From the NCBI GenBank assembly GCA_964394475.1, contig CAYMXZ010000001.1, positions 4,480-68,479 of the forward strand: a DNA stretch of 64,000 bases. The letters run 5' to 3'. Below the pieces are notes generated by a model that was given only the letters and a program-made list of their open reading frames with translations, was not told the origin of the DNA and made no database searches. Shown here piece after piece: positions 28,828 through 39,740 of the stretch; position 1 is the first letter of the stretch; every line of letters starts with the position of its first letter. Both the position numbers and the translations under genes were made by a program. The stretch is from an uncultured Caldithrix sp. (GTDB taxonomy: Bacteria > Calditrichota > Calditrichia > RBG-13-44-9).

Positions 28828-30093
28828 TCAAATGATATCACCCGCACTTTCGCGCCGGATATCCGCTCCCAGCTGCTGCAGCTTTTGTTCGATTTTTTCA
28901 TATCCACGATCAATATGGTATACCCGAAAAATTTCGCTGGTGCCTTTTGCGGCCAGAGCGGCAATGACCAGAGAGGCTGAAGCTCGTAGATCAGTGCTCA
29001 TTACCGGCGCTCCTTTCAATTCCTTAACTCCTTGAATGAAGGCCGAATTATTTTTTTGAACGATTTGAGCTCCCAGCCGATTTAATTCTGGCACATGCGT
29101 AAATCGGTCCGTAAAAATGGTATCTGTAACGACACTGCTGCCTTCCGCCAGACTCATTAAAGCAATCCATTGGGCTTGCATATCGGTTGGAAAACCTGGA
29201 TAAACGGCGGTGGTGACATTTACCGGTTGAATGGGGCCGTGGCTTTTCAGAGTGATCTGGTTGTCGCTGAAGTCGATCTGACTGCCGCTTTCTCGCAATT
29301 TCTCAATCACTTCCAGCAGGTGTTGTGGTTGACAGGAGGTGAGGGTAATTTCTCCGCCGGTAATACGAGCGGCGGTGAGGAAAGTGGCGGTTTCAATACG
29401 GTCTGGAATAACCGTATAATCGGTAGGATGAAGGCCAGGCATACCTTCAATCTGCACCGTTTTTGTACCGAGTCCCTGAATCCGTGCGCCCATCTGAATA
29501 AGGAAATGTCCCAGATCCACGATTTCCGGTTCAATAGCGGCGTTTTCCAGAATGGTAAGGCCATCTGCCAGAACAGCGGCCATCATCACATTGCCAGTAG
29601 CGCCCACACTGGAAACGTCGAAGTGGATAGGGGTGCCATGCAATTTTTTGCAGGAAGCGACAATAAAACCGCGATCGAGGTCTATCTCGGCACCCAGTTT
29701 TTTCATTCCCTTAATATGGAGATCAACCGGCCGTGGTCCCCAGGCACATCCTCCTGGTAAGGATACCTTTGCATTTTTAAAACGAGCTAATAAGGGTCCA
29801 AGCACATAAATTGAAGCCCTCATGGTTTTCACCAGTTCATAAGGAGCTTCAGGGAAATCAGCCTGGGTGGTATCAATGATCAGAGTATGCTCTGAAAATT
29901 CAACTTTTGCACCGATGATTCTCAGCAGGTGAGCCATGGTACGAACATCACGCAGTTCAGGAACATTATATAGAGTGTATTTCCCAGGAGCAAGCAGCGT
30001 GGCAGCCATAATGGGCAACATGGCATTTTTTGACCCGCTCACCGGAATAGTTCCCTGCAATGGTTTACCGCCACTAACGATAAATTTGTCCAC
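28828..30093 (-). CDS. murA: UDP-N-acetylglucosamine 1-carboxyvinyltransferase
   Basis: The N-terminus MDKFIVSGGKPLQGTIPVSGSKNAMLPIMAATLLA and full-length colinearity match MurA. The protein is 421 aa. Confidence 0.92.
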   Translation of the reverse strand: MDKFIVSGGKPLQGTIPVSGSKNAMLPIMAATLLAPGKYTLYNVPELRDVRTMAHLLRIIGAKVEFSEHTLIIDTTQADFPEAPYELVKTMRASIYVLGPLLARFKNAKVSLPGGCAWGPRPVDLHIKGMKKLGAEIDLDRGFIVASCKKLHGTPIHFDVSSVGATGNVMMAAVLADGLTILENAAIEPEIVDLGHFLIQMGARIQGLGTKTVQIEGMPGLHPTDYTVIPDRIETATFLTAARITGGEITLTSCQPQHLLEVIEKLRESGSQIDFSDNQITLKSHGPIQPVNVTTAVYPGFPTDMQAQWIALMSLAEGSSVVTDTIFTDRFTHVPELNRLGAQIVQKNNSAFIQGVKELKGAPVMSTDLRASASLVIAALAAKGTSEIFRVYHIDRGYEKIEQKLQQLGADIRRESAGDII

Positions 30094-30137
30094 ATCATCC
30101 TCCGGCTCTTTTCCTCAAGAATATAAACAAAAACCGC

Positions 30138-31862
30138 TCATCGGTTTTCGCTGATCTGTTCTTCGGCTTCTTTAATCAGCTGGCGTGCACTTTGTAAAAT
30201 CTCTTCGCTGAGTTTTTTCCCGCCCATTAGACTGGCAATTTCTTTCACTCGATTTTCACCAGACAATAAATTTACCCGACTGAAAGTTCGCCCATTATCA
30301 ACATATTTTTCCACCCGATAGTGTGCTTTCCCAAAAGCCGCAATCTGTGGAAGGTGAGTGATACAAATAATCTGATGGGTTTGAGCTAATTGACGAATAC
30401 TTTTCCCTACCGCTAAAGCAATTTGCCCAGATACGCCGGCATCGATCTCGTCAAAGATTAACAGCGGAATTCGATCGGCATCGGCCAAAATATTTTTTAA
30501 TGTTAACATGATGCGTGAAATCTCACCACCTGAAGCAATCCTGGCCAGTGGCTTAAAGTCCTCACCCGGGTTGGGGGAAATGTAAAATTCAATCTGATCA
30601 ATTCCCCACTCATCACCCTGATAGTTTTTGCCTTGATAATGACAGATTCCTGTTTCGCTCTCCTGCCAGGTAAAATCGACCCGAAATTTCATCTTTGGCA
30701 TGCCGATTTCTTTGAGTAATGCGATTACCTGTTGTTCTAATTTTTTAGCCACCTCTTTACGCTGCTGGGAGAGTGAAATAGCGCTCTGGCTATAGACCGA
30801 AATTTTATCTGCTAATTTTTTTTGGCACTTTTCCACTTCGAAATCGATATTCTCCTGCAGGTATAAATCCTTTTCAATTGTTGCCAGATAGTTCAAAATC
30901 TCTTCAATACTTTTCCCATATTTTTTCTTTAATGCCGAAATCGTCGCCAGGCGTTGCTCAATTTCTTCCAATCGTTTTGGATTGAATTCCAGATGATTTT
31001 GAAATTCTTCAATGCTGCGGCCCGCTTCCTCAATGATGATTTTGGCCGATGCAAATTCATTGCTGATGGCTTTTAGCTCCTGAGAAAAGTCCGATAGTTC
31101 CAGCAGAATATGCTGAGCCGTTCCCATCAATTGACTTAAATTACTTTCTTTGTTCCCTTCAACGATTTCTTGAAACTGAGCAGCCAGAGAATAAATTTTC
31201 TCGGCATTCATTAAGATCTTGCGTTCGTTTTCCAGTTGCTGGTCTTCCTCTTTCTGCAACTGTGCTTTTTTTATCTCCTGAATCTGAAACTGATAGAGTT
31301 CGTACTTTTCAGCCAGCGCTTTGCGCTGAGCTTCTAAATTCTGGAGATCTTCTCTGGCTTTCTGGACTTCCTGATATGCCTGACTGACTTTCTGAATTTC
31401 CGGAGAAAGTTTTCCCAAAGAATCAATAAAATAGCGGTGAGTCTCTTTCCTCAACAAACTCTGATGTTCGTTTTGGCTGTGGATATCTACCAATAAATCT
31501 CCAATTTCGGCCAGGGTACCAATGGTGACCGGCACATCATTAATAAAAGCCCGTGAGCTGCCTTTTACTGAAATTTCTCTTCGCAAAATAATTTCATCAT
31601 CGGGTTCCAGTCCCTTTTCTTTCAAGAGATGTCGTAGATCTGGTAAGTGGCGGGTATCAAAAATGGCTTCCACAGAAGCTTTCTCTGCTCCGCTGCGAAC
31701 AACTTCAGAAAATACTCTTCCTCCTAATACCGCCGAAATCGCCCCAATTAAGATAGACTTACCGGTACCGGTTTCACCGGTGAGAATATTCAAACCGTTC
31801 TGAAATTCCAATTGCAGGTTATGAGCCAGAGCAAAGTTTTGTATGAAAATGGATTTTAACAT
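30138..31862 (-). CDS. recN: DNA repair protein RecN
   Basis: The N-terminus is MLKSIFIQNFALAHNLQLEFQNGLNILTGETGTGKSILIGAI (SMC-like Walker A). A long coiled coil follows. The C-terminus carries the signature and D-loop (..LLIFDEIDAGVSG..). The protein is 574 aa. Confidence 0.9.
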   Translation of the reverse strand: MLKSIFIQNFALAHNLQLEFQNGLNILTGETGTGKSILIGAISAVLGGRVFSEVVRSGAEKASVEAIFDTRHLPDLRHLLKEKGLEPDDEIILRREISVKGSSRAFINDVPVTIGTLAEIGDLLVDIHSQNEHQSLLRKETHRYFIDSLGKLSPEIQKVSQAYQEVQKAREDLQNLEAQRKALAEKYELYQFQIQEIKKAQLQKEEDQQLENERKILMNAEKIYSLAAQFQEIVEGNKESNLSQLMGTAQHILLELSDFSQELKAISNEFASAKIIIEEAGRSIEEFQNHLEFNPKRLEEIEQRLATISALKKKYGKSIEEILNYLATIEKDLYLQENIDFEVEKCQKKLADKISVYSQSAISLSQQRKEVAKKLEQQVIALLKEIGMPKMKFRVDFTWQESETGICHYQGKNYQGDEWGIDQIEFYISPNPGEDFKPLARIASGGEISRIMLTLKNILADADRIPLLIFDEIDAGVSGQIALAVGKSIRQLAQTHQIICITHLPQIAAFGKAHYRVEKYVDNGRTFSRVNLLSGENRVKEIASLMGGKKLSEEILQSARQLIKEAEEQISENR

Positions 31863-31982
31863 GTCTGTTTATTTCCCGACCACCATCGAATTTACACACA
31901 GTTAAAAGAGAAATTCAAGATTTGTTTTGGAATCGTTAATTTCCAACTCCGGAAATCAGTATATAAATATCACGGAAATAAT

Positions 31983-34355
31983 TTATTCCCGGATAATCAA
32001 AAATTTTCCCGCTTTTGAGTTGCCCGCTTCATCGGTAATCATATAGATATAAACGCCGCTGGACACCAACCGCCCTTCATTATTACGGCAATTCCAGCGG
32101 GCGAAACTGCCAAAAAAATCCAGACTGTTTTTCAGATTCAACGTGCGCACCAATCGCCCGGTCGAAGTCAAGACCTTGATTTCGCTGTTGGGCGTTAAAT
32201 TGCGGAAATAAATATAATTTTCCCGGCCCTCAGCAATTTGTAATGGAGAAGGACCCACCTGGTGCTGATCAAGACTTTTGAGAGGTGTGGTAAAAGGATT
32301 ACTGCGCAATATAGCTAATCCGGATAACGTCGTGCAGTACACATCACCGGTTTGGGCATCCACGTACACTCCACGGATTTCCTGGCTGGGTAGATTGGTA
32401 AAATAGATATTCTGCCCGGTCACTTCGCTGGTCTTGGGCACAAAATGAACCCAGCTCTTTTGGTCAAAAGGTGAACTGCGGGAGAGCAGGAGACTTAAAC
32501 CCTGATCAGTGGCGAACCACTTGTTATTTTCTGAATCCACAAAAATTCCGTTTATTTTTAAGCCTATCGGCTGATAATCTTCTCGGAAATCATAGACATA
32601 GCCGTTAAAATAGGCATTCAGTCCGGCCACCGTCCCAAACCAGACATACCCATCCTGATCGCTGGCGATGGCGAAACAGGAATTATTTTTAATATTATCG
32701 GTTTCAGTATATTTTGACCAGACAATATTCTGAGAATCCTGGAAGCGCATAGAAACGATTCCATAGCGATCGGTTCCAATCCAGTTATTGTTGAATATAT
32801 CGCTGGTAATCACTGCGGCCGGGGCTCCTTCAATTTGCAACTCTTCGCCAATTTGAATTTTTTCCCAACTGGTGCTGTCGTAAGCCTGTACACCAAAGGA
32901 AGTGCCGTTATAACGAATGATCGGTCTCCCACTTCTCACAGCCGGAGTGATAATCCAGATACAATTCCGGAATCTGTCTACTAAGAAATCAGTCACAACT
33001 AAAAGATTGGGAGCGTTCACGGTGTAGGAGAGAAAATGTCGGACGGAATCAGGGGGGTAGACCATGATGGTATCATTCTCGGTGGCAGAAGAAATCCATA
33101 ACAAACCCGGATCAACATAATTATTGAAATGATAAAATATGAAATCAGGATCGATGATCAGCATCCCTCCATTCCAGGTACCGATCCACATATTATTTTG
33201 ATCATCTTCTATTACTTTTTGAGCCGAGGCGGTGTTCTGCCAACCCCCTAAATAACGAAAATTTTTCCACTGCCCGTCCGGAAATAAAACGGAGAAACCT
33301 TTGGCTCTTTGATCGGAATAAATTCCTGATGTCACCCATAGTTCTCTTCGACTATTCAGGATGAGACTTCCCAGAATGTTATCCACCGGCCCATTAAATC
33401 GGATGGTTTGAAGGCTTCTGGTGTTTAATAATCCCTGTTCAGCAAAACTGACCCAAAAACCACCGTTGGGATCAGGAATAAAATCATTAATGGTATTCAC
33501 CGATGTGGAATATTGTGGAGAAAAATCGTTATTTTGAAAATGATAAATTGTCCTGGAATTATCGATAAATATTTGTGATTGATTTATCTGGATATGTCTG
33601 ATAGCGAGATTGCCAAAATTTTGAAAATTTTCTTGATAATAAATAGACAGTCCGGTACTGGTACCTATTAGAAGGCTATCGGCTTTTACTGCCAGAGATA
33701 AAATAGTGTTGTGTGGAAGCCCATTACTGGTGGTATATGATCTCCAATTTCCAGCCGATTTTAGATTATTATTCAAGAAATTACCCGGTGCAGAAAATAA
33801 TCCGTTATTGCTTGCTACCCATATCTTATGCTGAAAATATATGATTTGCTGGAAAGTATCAAAATCTCGATTGAAATTGGTAAAAAAATCCCTGAATTGA
33901 TAGCGTTGTCTTTCCTGATCGTATAGATACACCGCGATTAATTTTTTGCATCCGATCCATAAAGTATCTTCCACCGCCTCTATCGAGAAAATCTCATTTC
34001 CCTTTAAACTGTAATCTTCGGTAATTAATTGGCCATTTTTCTGGAAAAATGAAACGATTCCACCACTGGTGGCAGCAATGAAAGTACCTCGAGCTGTAAA
34101 GGCGCCGGTGGTAAACTGATGATCCGTTAATCCATTTTCCACTGTAATTTTTTGATAGAGATTGGAGGAGAGAGGATAAATGATCAGTCCACCGGTTGTG
34201 AGTAAATAAAGAGTATCCTGGCTGCTCAGAATGTCTTTAACATCATTGGAGTTTGTTATAATTTCCCAATTAAAATTAATTGCCAATACATGGAGAGGAA
34301 TAACGCACATGAAAAAGATAATAAAGGATAATTTAGTTCGATTCATGAAAAACAC
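31983..34355 (-). CDS. Secreted beta-propeller protein (two-component-regulator-propeller / Y_Y_Y-like repeats) with C-terminal T9SS sorting domain
   Basis: The 790-aa protein has a signal peptide and repeated W/G-rich propeller blades (..NNMWIGTWNGGMLI.., ..GYVWFGTVAGLNAY..). The C-terminus ..YIYFRNLTPNSEIKVLTSTGRLV...SGVYIYMITDEAGNSKAGKFLIIRE matches the T9SS type-A CTD. Confidence 0.7.
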   Translation of the reverse strand: MFFMNRTKLSFIIFFMCVIPLHVLAINFNWEIITNSNDVKDILSSQDTLYLLTTGGLIIYPLSSNLYQKITVENGLTDHQFTTGAFTARGTFIAATSGGIVSFFQKNGQLITEDYSLKGNEIFSIEAVEDTLWIGCKKLIAVYLYDQERQRYQFRDFFTNFNRDFDTFQQIIYFQHKIWVASNNGLFSAPGNFLNNNLKSAGNWRSYTTSNGLPHNTILSLAVKADSLLIGTSTGLSIYYQENFQNFGNLAIRHIQINQSQIFIDNSRTIYHFQNNDFSPQYSTSVNTINDFIPDPNGGFWVSFAEQGLLNTRSLQTIRFNGPVDNILGSLILNSRRELWVTSGIYSDQRAKGFSVLFPDGQWKNFRYLGGWQNTASAQKVIEDDQNNMWIGTWNGGMLIIDPDFIFYHFNNYVDPGLLWISSATENDTIMVYPPDSVRHFLSYTVNAPNLLVVTDFLVDRFRNCIWIITPAVRSGRPIIRYNGTSFGVQAYDSTSWEKIQIGEELQIEGAPAAVITSDIFNNNWIGTDRYGIVSMRFQDSQNIVWSKYTETDNIKNNSCFAIASDQDGYVWFGTVAGLNAYFNGYVYDFREDYQPIGLKINGIFVDSENNKWFATDQGLSLLLSRSSPFDQKSWVHFVPKTSEVTGQNIYFTNLPSQEIRGVYVDAQTGDVYCTTLSGLAILRSNPFTTPLKSLDQHQVGPSPLQIAEGRENYIYFRNLTPNSEIKVLTSTGRLVRTLNLKNSLDFFGSFARWNCRNNEGRLVSSGVYIYMITDEAGNSKAGKFLIIRE

Positions 34356-34432
34356 CTGTGAATGGTTCGGCTCATTTCAATTACCTATTAAACGGGATTT
34401 CGAATATATTGATTTATTGTATGTCGATTTTT

Positions 34433-34900
34433 TCAGGATAATTTGGGCAACAGATCGGCCATTTCAATTGCCGAAAGGGCGGCATCCCAACCCTTGTTGC
34501 CGGCTTTTGTACCCGCTCGTTCGATTGCTTGTTCCAGAGTATCAGCGGTAATAATTCCAAAAATTACTGGTTTGCCAGTCTCCATAGAAGAGTGGGCTAT
34601 TCCTTTTGCCACCTCAGCCGCGATATATTCGAAATGCGGAGTTGCTCCGCGGATCACCGCTCCCAGACAGATGACGGCATCATACTGGTTGCTTTTGGCT
34701 AACCGGTGGGCGACAGTTGGAATTTCAAAAGAGCCGGGCACCCAAAAAATCCGGATGTCTTTTTCATTTGCCTTATGCCTGTATAAACAATCCAGTGCCC
34801 CTTCCAATAATTTGGAGGAAATAAATTCATTAAAACGGCTAATGACAATAGCGAATTTACGCTTTTCGGCAGAAAGCATTCCTTGAATATGTTCTGGCAT
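34433..34900 (-). CDS. ribH: 6,7-dimethyl-8-ribityllumazine synthase
   Basis: ..[25 protein letters not shown]...[16 protein letters not shown].. is the canonical RibH core. The likely start is MPEH at 34900; the track ORF extends to 34918. Confidence 0.9.
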   Translation of the reverse strand: MPEHIQGMLSAEKRKFAIVISRFNEFISSKLLEGALDCLYRHKANEKDIRIFWVPGSFEIPTVAHRLAKSNQYDAVICLGAVIRGATPHFEYIAAEVAKGIAHSSMETGKPVIFGIITADTLEQAIERAGTKAGNKGWDAALSAIEMADLLPKLS

Positions 34901-34989
34901 AATTTTTTCCCCTATCATATGTGAAAGTAATACAGCATTTAAAATTTATCAAGTACTGAATTTATCTCTATAACTAATTTTGTTCAATT

Positions 34990-36219
34990 TTAGGGATTTG
35001 GTTTTTTATCGAATAACAACAAGTGTCCTAGTTTTTCCTTTTTGGTTTTTAAGTACCCTTCATTAATTGGATTTGGAGAAATTTGAATCGGCACCCGTTC
35101 CAGAATTTCTAATCCGTAACCCTGCAGACCCACTACCTTTTTGGGATTGTTGGTCATTAACCTTATTTTTTTAATTCCCAGATCCAGCAGCATCTGAGCA
35201 CCCAAACCATAATCTCGCAAATCAGCTTTGAATCCCAACATTTCATTGGCTTCGACAGTATCTTTACCTTCATCCTGTAATTTGTAGGCTAAAATCTTGT
35301 TGGGGAGCCCGATCCCCCGTCCTTCCTGGCGCATGTAAAGTAAAGCTCCCCGTCCTTCTTTTTCAATTTGCTGGAGAGCATGGTGAAGTTGATCGCCGCA
35401 ATCACAGCGCAATGAACCGAAAGTATCACCGGTAAGACATTCCGAATGGACTCTTACCAGCACAGGTTTGCCGTCTGCCACATCGCCCTTTACCAGTGCC
35501 AGATGATGATCTTTAGGGTCAAGTGTGTTTTCATAAAGAATTAATTGAAATTGTCCATAGGCGGTGGGAAGCTTCACTTCGGTAATTCGTTTTACCAGTT
35601 TTTCGCGCCGCCTTCGATACTTAATGAGGTCCGCGATGGTAATCATCTTCAGTTGGTGCTGTTGGGCAATTTTCTGCAAAGTAGGAACACGGGCCATGTG
35701 GCCATCTTCATCAAGGATTTCACATAAGACCCCCGAAGGATTCATGCCGGCCATCTGGGTGAGATCAATCACCGCTTCAGTGTGACCTGCCCGCCGTAAA
35801 ACTCCACCTGGCTTGGCAATGAGCGGAAAAATATGTCCCGGCCGTGCCAGATCATGTGGTTTGGTTTTGGGATCAATAGCGGTCTTGATAGTTAAAGCTC
35901 TATCGTAAGCCGATACGCCGGTGGTGGTGCCATGACGGGCATCGATGGTTACCGTAAAGGCAGTTCCATGCAGAGCGGTATTATAATCCACCATGTTATC
36001 AAGCTCTAATTCTTGCGCGCGTTTTTCGGTGAGAGCCAGACAGACAATCCCCCGGCCGAACTTGGTCATAAAATTAATAGCCTCGGAAGTTACCTTCTCG
36101 GCAGCCATGATGAAATCTCCCTCGTTCTCCCGATCTTCATCATCGACGACAATTAAAATTTTACCCTGTCGGAGGTCTTCCAGAGCTTCTTCAATCGTTG
36201 AGAAAACAGGTTTTACCAT
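34990..36219 (-). CDS. ribBA: Bifunctional 3,4-dihydroxy-2-butanone-4-phosphate synthase / GTP cyclohydrolase II
   Basis: The N-terminal DHBP synthase region has ..[16 protein letters not shown].. The C-terminal GTP cyclohydrolase II region has ..[21 protein letters not shown].. The protein is 409 aa. Confidence 0.92.
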   Translation of the reverse strand: MVKPVFSTIEEALEDLRQGKILIVVDDEDRENEGDFIMAAEKVTSEAINFMTKFGRGIVCLALTEKRAQELELDNMVDYNTALHGTAFTVTIDARHGTTTGVSAYDRALTIKTAIDPKTKPHDLARPGHIFPLIAKPGGVLRRAGHTEAVIDLTQMAGMNPSGVLCEILDEDGHMARVPTLQKIAQQHQLKMITIADLIKYRRRREKLVKRITEVKLPTAYGQFQLILYENTLDPKDHHLALVKGDVADGKPVLVRVHSECLTGDTFGSLRCDCGDQLHHALQQIEKEGRGALLYMRQEGRGIGLPNKILAYKLQDEGKDTVEANEMLGFKADLRDYGLGAQMLLDLGIKKIRLMTNNPKKVVGLQGYGLEILERVPIQISPNPINEGYLKTKKEKLGHLLLFDKKPNP

Positions 36220-36238
36220 TTGGTACTTCTCCCTTAAA

Positions 36239-36874
36239 TTAATATCCCCAATCTTTTATTTTTTCATATGTTAGAGAATTCGGTGTACTGGACAGCAAAA
36301 GTTTTTCCAGATAGCGCGGAATGATATCAACCTCGATGTTGACTAAATCTCCTGCGTGCTTTTCCCGCAAGGTAGTATGCTGGGCCGTGTAAGGGATAAT
36401 GCTGATTCCAATTAAATTGCCCTCCATTCTGGCAATGGTAAGGCTTATTCCGTCTACGGCAATGCTACCTTCCGGGATACAATAGCGTACAAATTCCGCT
36501 GGTAGGTGTATCTCCAAATAATAATTTTCCGCTCGCTTATCCAGACGTTGAATCCTGGCGGTGCTGTTCACATGGCCTAAAACCAGATGTCCTCCCAGAG
36601 GAGTTTCTAAAGTAAGGGAGGTTTCTAAATTGACTTTGCGACCGATTTTATACTCTCCAAGGGTGGTCTTTTGTAATGTTTCTCCGACCGCCTGGACGGT
36701 AAATTCTCGCTCTTTCATCCGGATGACAGTCTGACAGGCACCATCAATAGCGATCGAATCATGAGCCTTTAATTTAGAAATAACCTTCGGAGCAGCAATG
36801 GTCAGCTCACGCCCGTCAGCCATTTTTTTAATGTGAATTACTTCTCCGATTTCTTCGATTATTCCGGTAAACAT
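36239..36874 (-). CDS. ribE: Riboflavin synthase (alpha subunit)
   Basis: [12 protein letters not shown].. is the canonical N-terminus. An internal lumazine-binding repeat is present. The start at 36874 sits 4 nt after the ribD stop; the track ORF extends to 36943. Confidence 0.9.
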   Translation of the reverse strand: MFTGIIEEIGEVIHIKKMADGRELTIAAPKVISKLKAHDSIAIDGACQTVIRMKEREFTVQAVGETLQKTTLGEYKIGRKVNLETSLTLETPLGGHLVLGHVNSTARIQRLDKRAENYYLEIHLPAEFVRYCIPEGSIAVDGISLTIARMEGNLIGISIIPYTAQHTTLREKHAGDLVNIEVDIIPRYLEKLLLSSTPNSLTYEKIKDWGY

Positions 36875-36878
36875 GGGT

Positions 36879-38015
36879 TTAATCCATAATGGATTGATAG
36901 TCACGATAACCCTCAATAATTGCCTGCTGATCAAGGATTTCAATATTTACATTTTTGAGTTTAATGGCATCCCCCAGGGTCTCAATTCCTAAATCACCTA
37001 TACTCTGGATACCGGCCCCAATCATCATGGGGGCAATAAAAAAGGAGATTTTGTCAAATAACCGTTGTTTGATGAAGCTGGTGAAAATTTCTCCACCCCC
37101 CTCAACCAGGATGGAAGTAATTCTTTCGTTTGATAAGATTTCCAGGACTTTAGAGAGATTGGTAAATTTTTGCTGATCAGGCGCTAAATGAAATATTTTT
37201 ATCCCCTGTTTGACTAATTTTTCTACTTTAGGATCATTTTCTGACTTTAAGGTAAAAATGATAGTTTTATGCTTTTCCTGGTCAGTGACTAAGTGGGAAT
37301 CCAGAGGTATTTGCAGTTGATCATCAAGCACAATTCGGAACGGATTTCTCCCTTCAACCAATCGGACGGTGAGAGAGGGATTATCTTTAAGTACCGTATT
37401 TATGCCCACCAGAACCGCATCGTATTCACTGCGCCATTGATGCACTTTACGAAGAGCATTCTGATTGGTAATCCATTTCGAATTTCCATTGCTGGTGGCG
37501 ATACGTCCATCCAGTGATTGTGCGATTTTCAGATGGATGAAAGGTCGGTTATTCTTGATATAAAAGAAATATTTTTCGTTTAGTTTAATCGCTTCCTCTT
37601 TAAGAATCCCTACCTCTACCTCAATATGGTGCTGACGCAGAAGGTCAATTCCTCTGCCATTAACGTAGGGATTGGGATCTTTAGTGCAAATCACCACCCG
37701 TTTGATTTTTTCAGAAATAATGCGTTCAGAACATGGTGGAGTTTTTTTATTTGGTATGCCGTTCAAACATGGTTCTAAATTGCAGTAAAGTGTAGCACTG
37801 GCTACCGATTCAGAAGCATTATCGATGGCCATAATCTCAGCGTGTTTTTCTCCATACCGCTGATGATATCCCTCCCCAATAATTCGTTGATTTTTTACAA
37901 TAACCGTACCAACCAGTGGATTGGGTGAAGTATATCCTTTTCCCTTTTTAGCCAGTTCCAGTACCCTTTGCATGTAAAGCGCGTCATCCACGCTGTTCTC
38001 CTTGATTAGCTCCAT
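36879..38015 (-). CDS. ribD: Bifunctional diaminohydroxyphosphoribosylaminopyrimidine deaminase / 5-amino-6-(5-phosphoribosylamino)uracil reductase
   Basis: The deaminase zinc motifs are HAEIMAI and NLEPC....PPC. The C-terminus is a reductase domain. The protein is 378 aa. Confidence 0.9.
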   Translation of the reverse strand: MELIKENSVDDALYMQRVLELAKKGKGYTSPNPLVGTVIVKNQRIIGEGYHQRYGEKHAEIMAIDNASESVASATLYCNLEPCLNGIPNKKTPPCSERIISEKIKRVVICTKDPNPYVNGRGIDLLRQHHIEVEVGILKEEAIKLNEKYFFYIKNNRPFIHLKIAQSLDGRIATSNGNSKWITNQNALRKVHQWRSEYDAVLVGINTVLKDNPSLTVRLVEGRNPFRIVLDDQLQIPLDSHLVTDQEKHKTIIFTLKSENDPKVEKLVKQGIKIFHLAPDQQKFTNLSKVLEILSNERITSILVEGGGEIFTSFIKQRLFDKISFFIAPMMIGAGIQSIGDLGIETLGDAIKLKNVNIEILDQQAIIEGYRDYQSIMD

Positions 38016-38017
38016 TC

Positions 38018-38048
38018 AAAAAAAAACCCTGAATCATGGTCTTCAGGG
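38018..38048 (-). terminator. Intrinsic terminator / expression platform of the rib-leader FMN riboswitch
   Basis: The minus-strand RNA reads CCCUGAA-GACCAUGA-UUCAGGG followed by U9. The + strand shows ccctgaa 38027-38033, ttcaggg 38042-38048 and an A-run 38018-38026. The run ends 3 nt before the ribD start codon. Confidence 0.6.
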
Positions 38049-38262
38049 CGCAATATAATAAAATATTGTGAGTAATCTTCTTTCATCCGGACTATACCGT
38101 CGGCACCGGAATTTAACCGGTTCTGGAAGTGCTCTAAAAAAAGTGTGCTTCTTTACTGCGTTTCTACACTCTTAACTCGTTCACACTTCCTCGCGGGCTA
38201 TACCGCCGGTCAGGAATTCCCTTTGTCACCGGGTCACCTTGCCCTGAAGATTACAAAAATTT
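38049..38262 (-). ncRNA. FMN riboswitch (RFN element) in the ribDEBAH leader
   Basis: The minus-strand sequence UCUUCAGGGCAAGGUGA...GGGAAUUCCUGACCGGCGGUAUAGCCCGCGAG.......GGUUAAAUUCCGGUGCCGACGGUAUAGUCCGGAUGAAAGAAGA contains the conserved RFN blocks (CUUCGGGGCAGGGUGAAAUUCCCGACCGGCGGUAGUAAAGCAC ... AGCCGACAGUGAAAGUCUGGAUGGGAGAAGG). The 5' strand UCUUCAGGGC is also complementary to the left arm of the terminator (GCCCUGAAGA). This allows an antiterminator/terminator switch. Confidence 0.85.
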
Positions 38263-38348
38263 ATTTTATTTTCTTAAATATGTCAAGTATTTAAAAAATC
38301 TTCACTCTGCCTTAATTCAATTAGAACTCTTCCATCGGCATAATGATT

Positions 38349-39740
38349 TTAGATTGACGTGCCCTCGGCGGAATTATTATCACCAGACGGTGTAAAGGAT
38401 AGATTTCTCTGGAATAGAAATGGTACGGTCATCATTAAGTAAGGAATCACCGGCATACGCAGTCGTGAGGCACCTAAAGGACCTACCATCACGGCAAAAT
38501 AGCAGACGACCCCAACAATGAACCATTTAAGTTCACGAGGTAAATGTCCTTTTAATATAAATACTATCAATGAAATAAATAGCAAAATATTTATTGATGC
38601 CATTAAAAATAAATAACCAATTACCAGAGGTGGAATATTTTTTAACTGGTTTAAGATACCCACTATACCCTGTCGACTGATGAGATGAAAAAATCCGGTT
38701 TCCGCAGGCAGGCCCAGGAATTGATAGATATCATAGCGACCGGGATCAATGAAGAAAAAGAATGCTCCCCTTAAATGGTAAAGACTATAATCAATGGCGT
38801 TAGCAGAGAGTACCGCGAAACAGGATTTTTCTATCAAACGATTGCTTTCCGCAAAATTGAGCGTCTGAGTTTTTGATTCGAGTTCTAAAATGAATTTCTC
38901 AGCCTGTTCTGATCCATATTTATAGGTGAGAAAAGAGTGAGTATTATAATACAATAGATTGAAATTTTTAATAGAACTGTAATGAAAATAACCAGTGTGA
39001 AAATAGTTTCTCATACTCCATGAGGAAATTGTGAAAATAAAGAGCAGAGACATGACCACGATTTGTTTTCTTCGATCTCTCATAAATAACCAGAGGTGTA
39101 AAATCAGATTGGGAATCCAGAAATATAAAAGAATCGGTTTGGTGAGAACCGCCAGACTCACCGCTATATTATACCAGAACAGATGCTTCAATTGATGAGT
39201 TAACTGGAACTGTAAGAATTGAAGGAGTGCCCATAATAAAAAGGTTTGTAGTACTATTTCAGACATGATCATGTGAGTATAGATGATGTGGGAGGGATAT
39301 AAAAGATATAGAATAAGAATCAGGTCTTTTGTTATGGAAGATAATTTAAAACAGGAAAGTATTTTCCATAATAGCAGGAGATTGAGAAGATATAGTGCGA
39401 TTTGAGTTAGAATGATAAATTGGTGGTTTTTGAATACAAGAGTTGATAGGAAGATAAAAACTGGATAAAGGGGAGGGCGCCGGCTATACAGGGCAGGATT
39501 GATGGGCTGCTGGATATCTCCTGCATATAAAATAAAATGGTGTCTCACATTATCTGCGGCCTGCAAATATTCCCGTGAATCTGCCGTATACATCGTATTG
39601 GGATTTCTGAGAGTGTGAAAACCGATCAATCCCTGCAAACAGATACCTGCAAGTATAATTAATAAGAGTGGTTGCTTTTTCATCCTTTGATGAATTTGTG
39701 AGACATTGCCTAACAAAGAATGGCGAATTTTAATATTCAT
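38349..39740 (-). CDS. Polytopic membrane protein, GT-C-fold glycosyltransferase-like (second paralogue-type)
   Basis: The 463-aa protein has many TM helices. An early loop carries ..YTADSREYLQAADNVRHHF.. (a D..EY motif). The Met at ~39680 (MKKQPLLLIIL) is an alternative start. Confidence 0.4.
   Translation of the reverse strand: MNIKIRHSLLGNVSQIHQRMKKQPLLLIILAGICLQGLIGFHTLRNPNTMYTADSREYLQAADNVRHHFILYAGDIQQPINPALYSRRPPLYPVFIFLSTLVFKNHQFIILTQIALYLLNLLLLWKILSCFKLSSITKDLILILYLLYPSHIIYTHMIMSEIVLQTFLLWALLQFLQFQLTHQLKHLFWYNIAVSLAVLTKPILLYFWIPNLILHLWLFMRDRRKQIVVMSLLFIFTISSWSMRNYFHTGYFHYSSIKNFNLLYYNTHSFLTYKYGSEQAEKFILELESKTQTLNFAESNRLIEKSCFAVLSANAIDYSLYHLRGAFFFFIDPGRYDIYQFLGLPAETGFFHLISRQGIVGILNQLKNIPPLVIGYLFLMASINILLFISLIVFILKGHLPRELKWFIVGVVCYFAVMVGPLGASRLRMPVIPYLMMTVPFLFQRNLSFTPSGDNNSAEGTSI

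Noticed and set aside
30100-30147. AAAACCG-augag-CGGUUUU + UUGUUUAU hairpin overlapping the recN stop codon
   Set aside because: The stem is very weak (2 G/C pairs) and only 44 nt from the murA start. It could be an attenuator, but the evidence is too thin to call.
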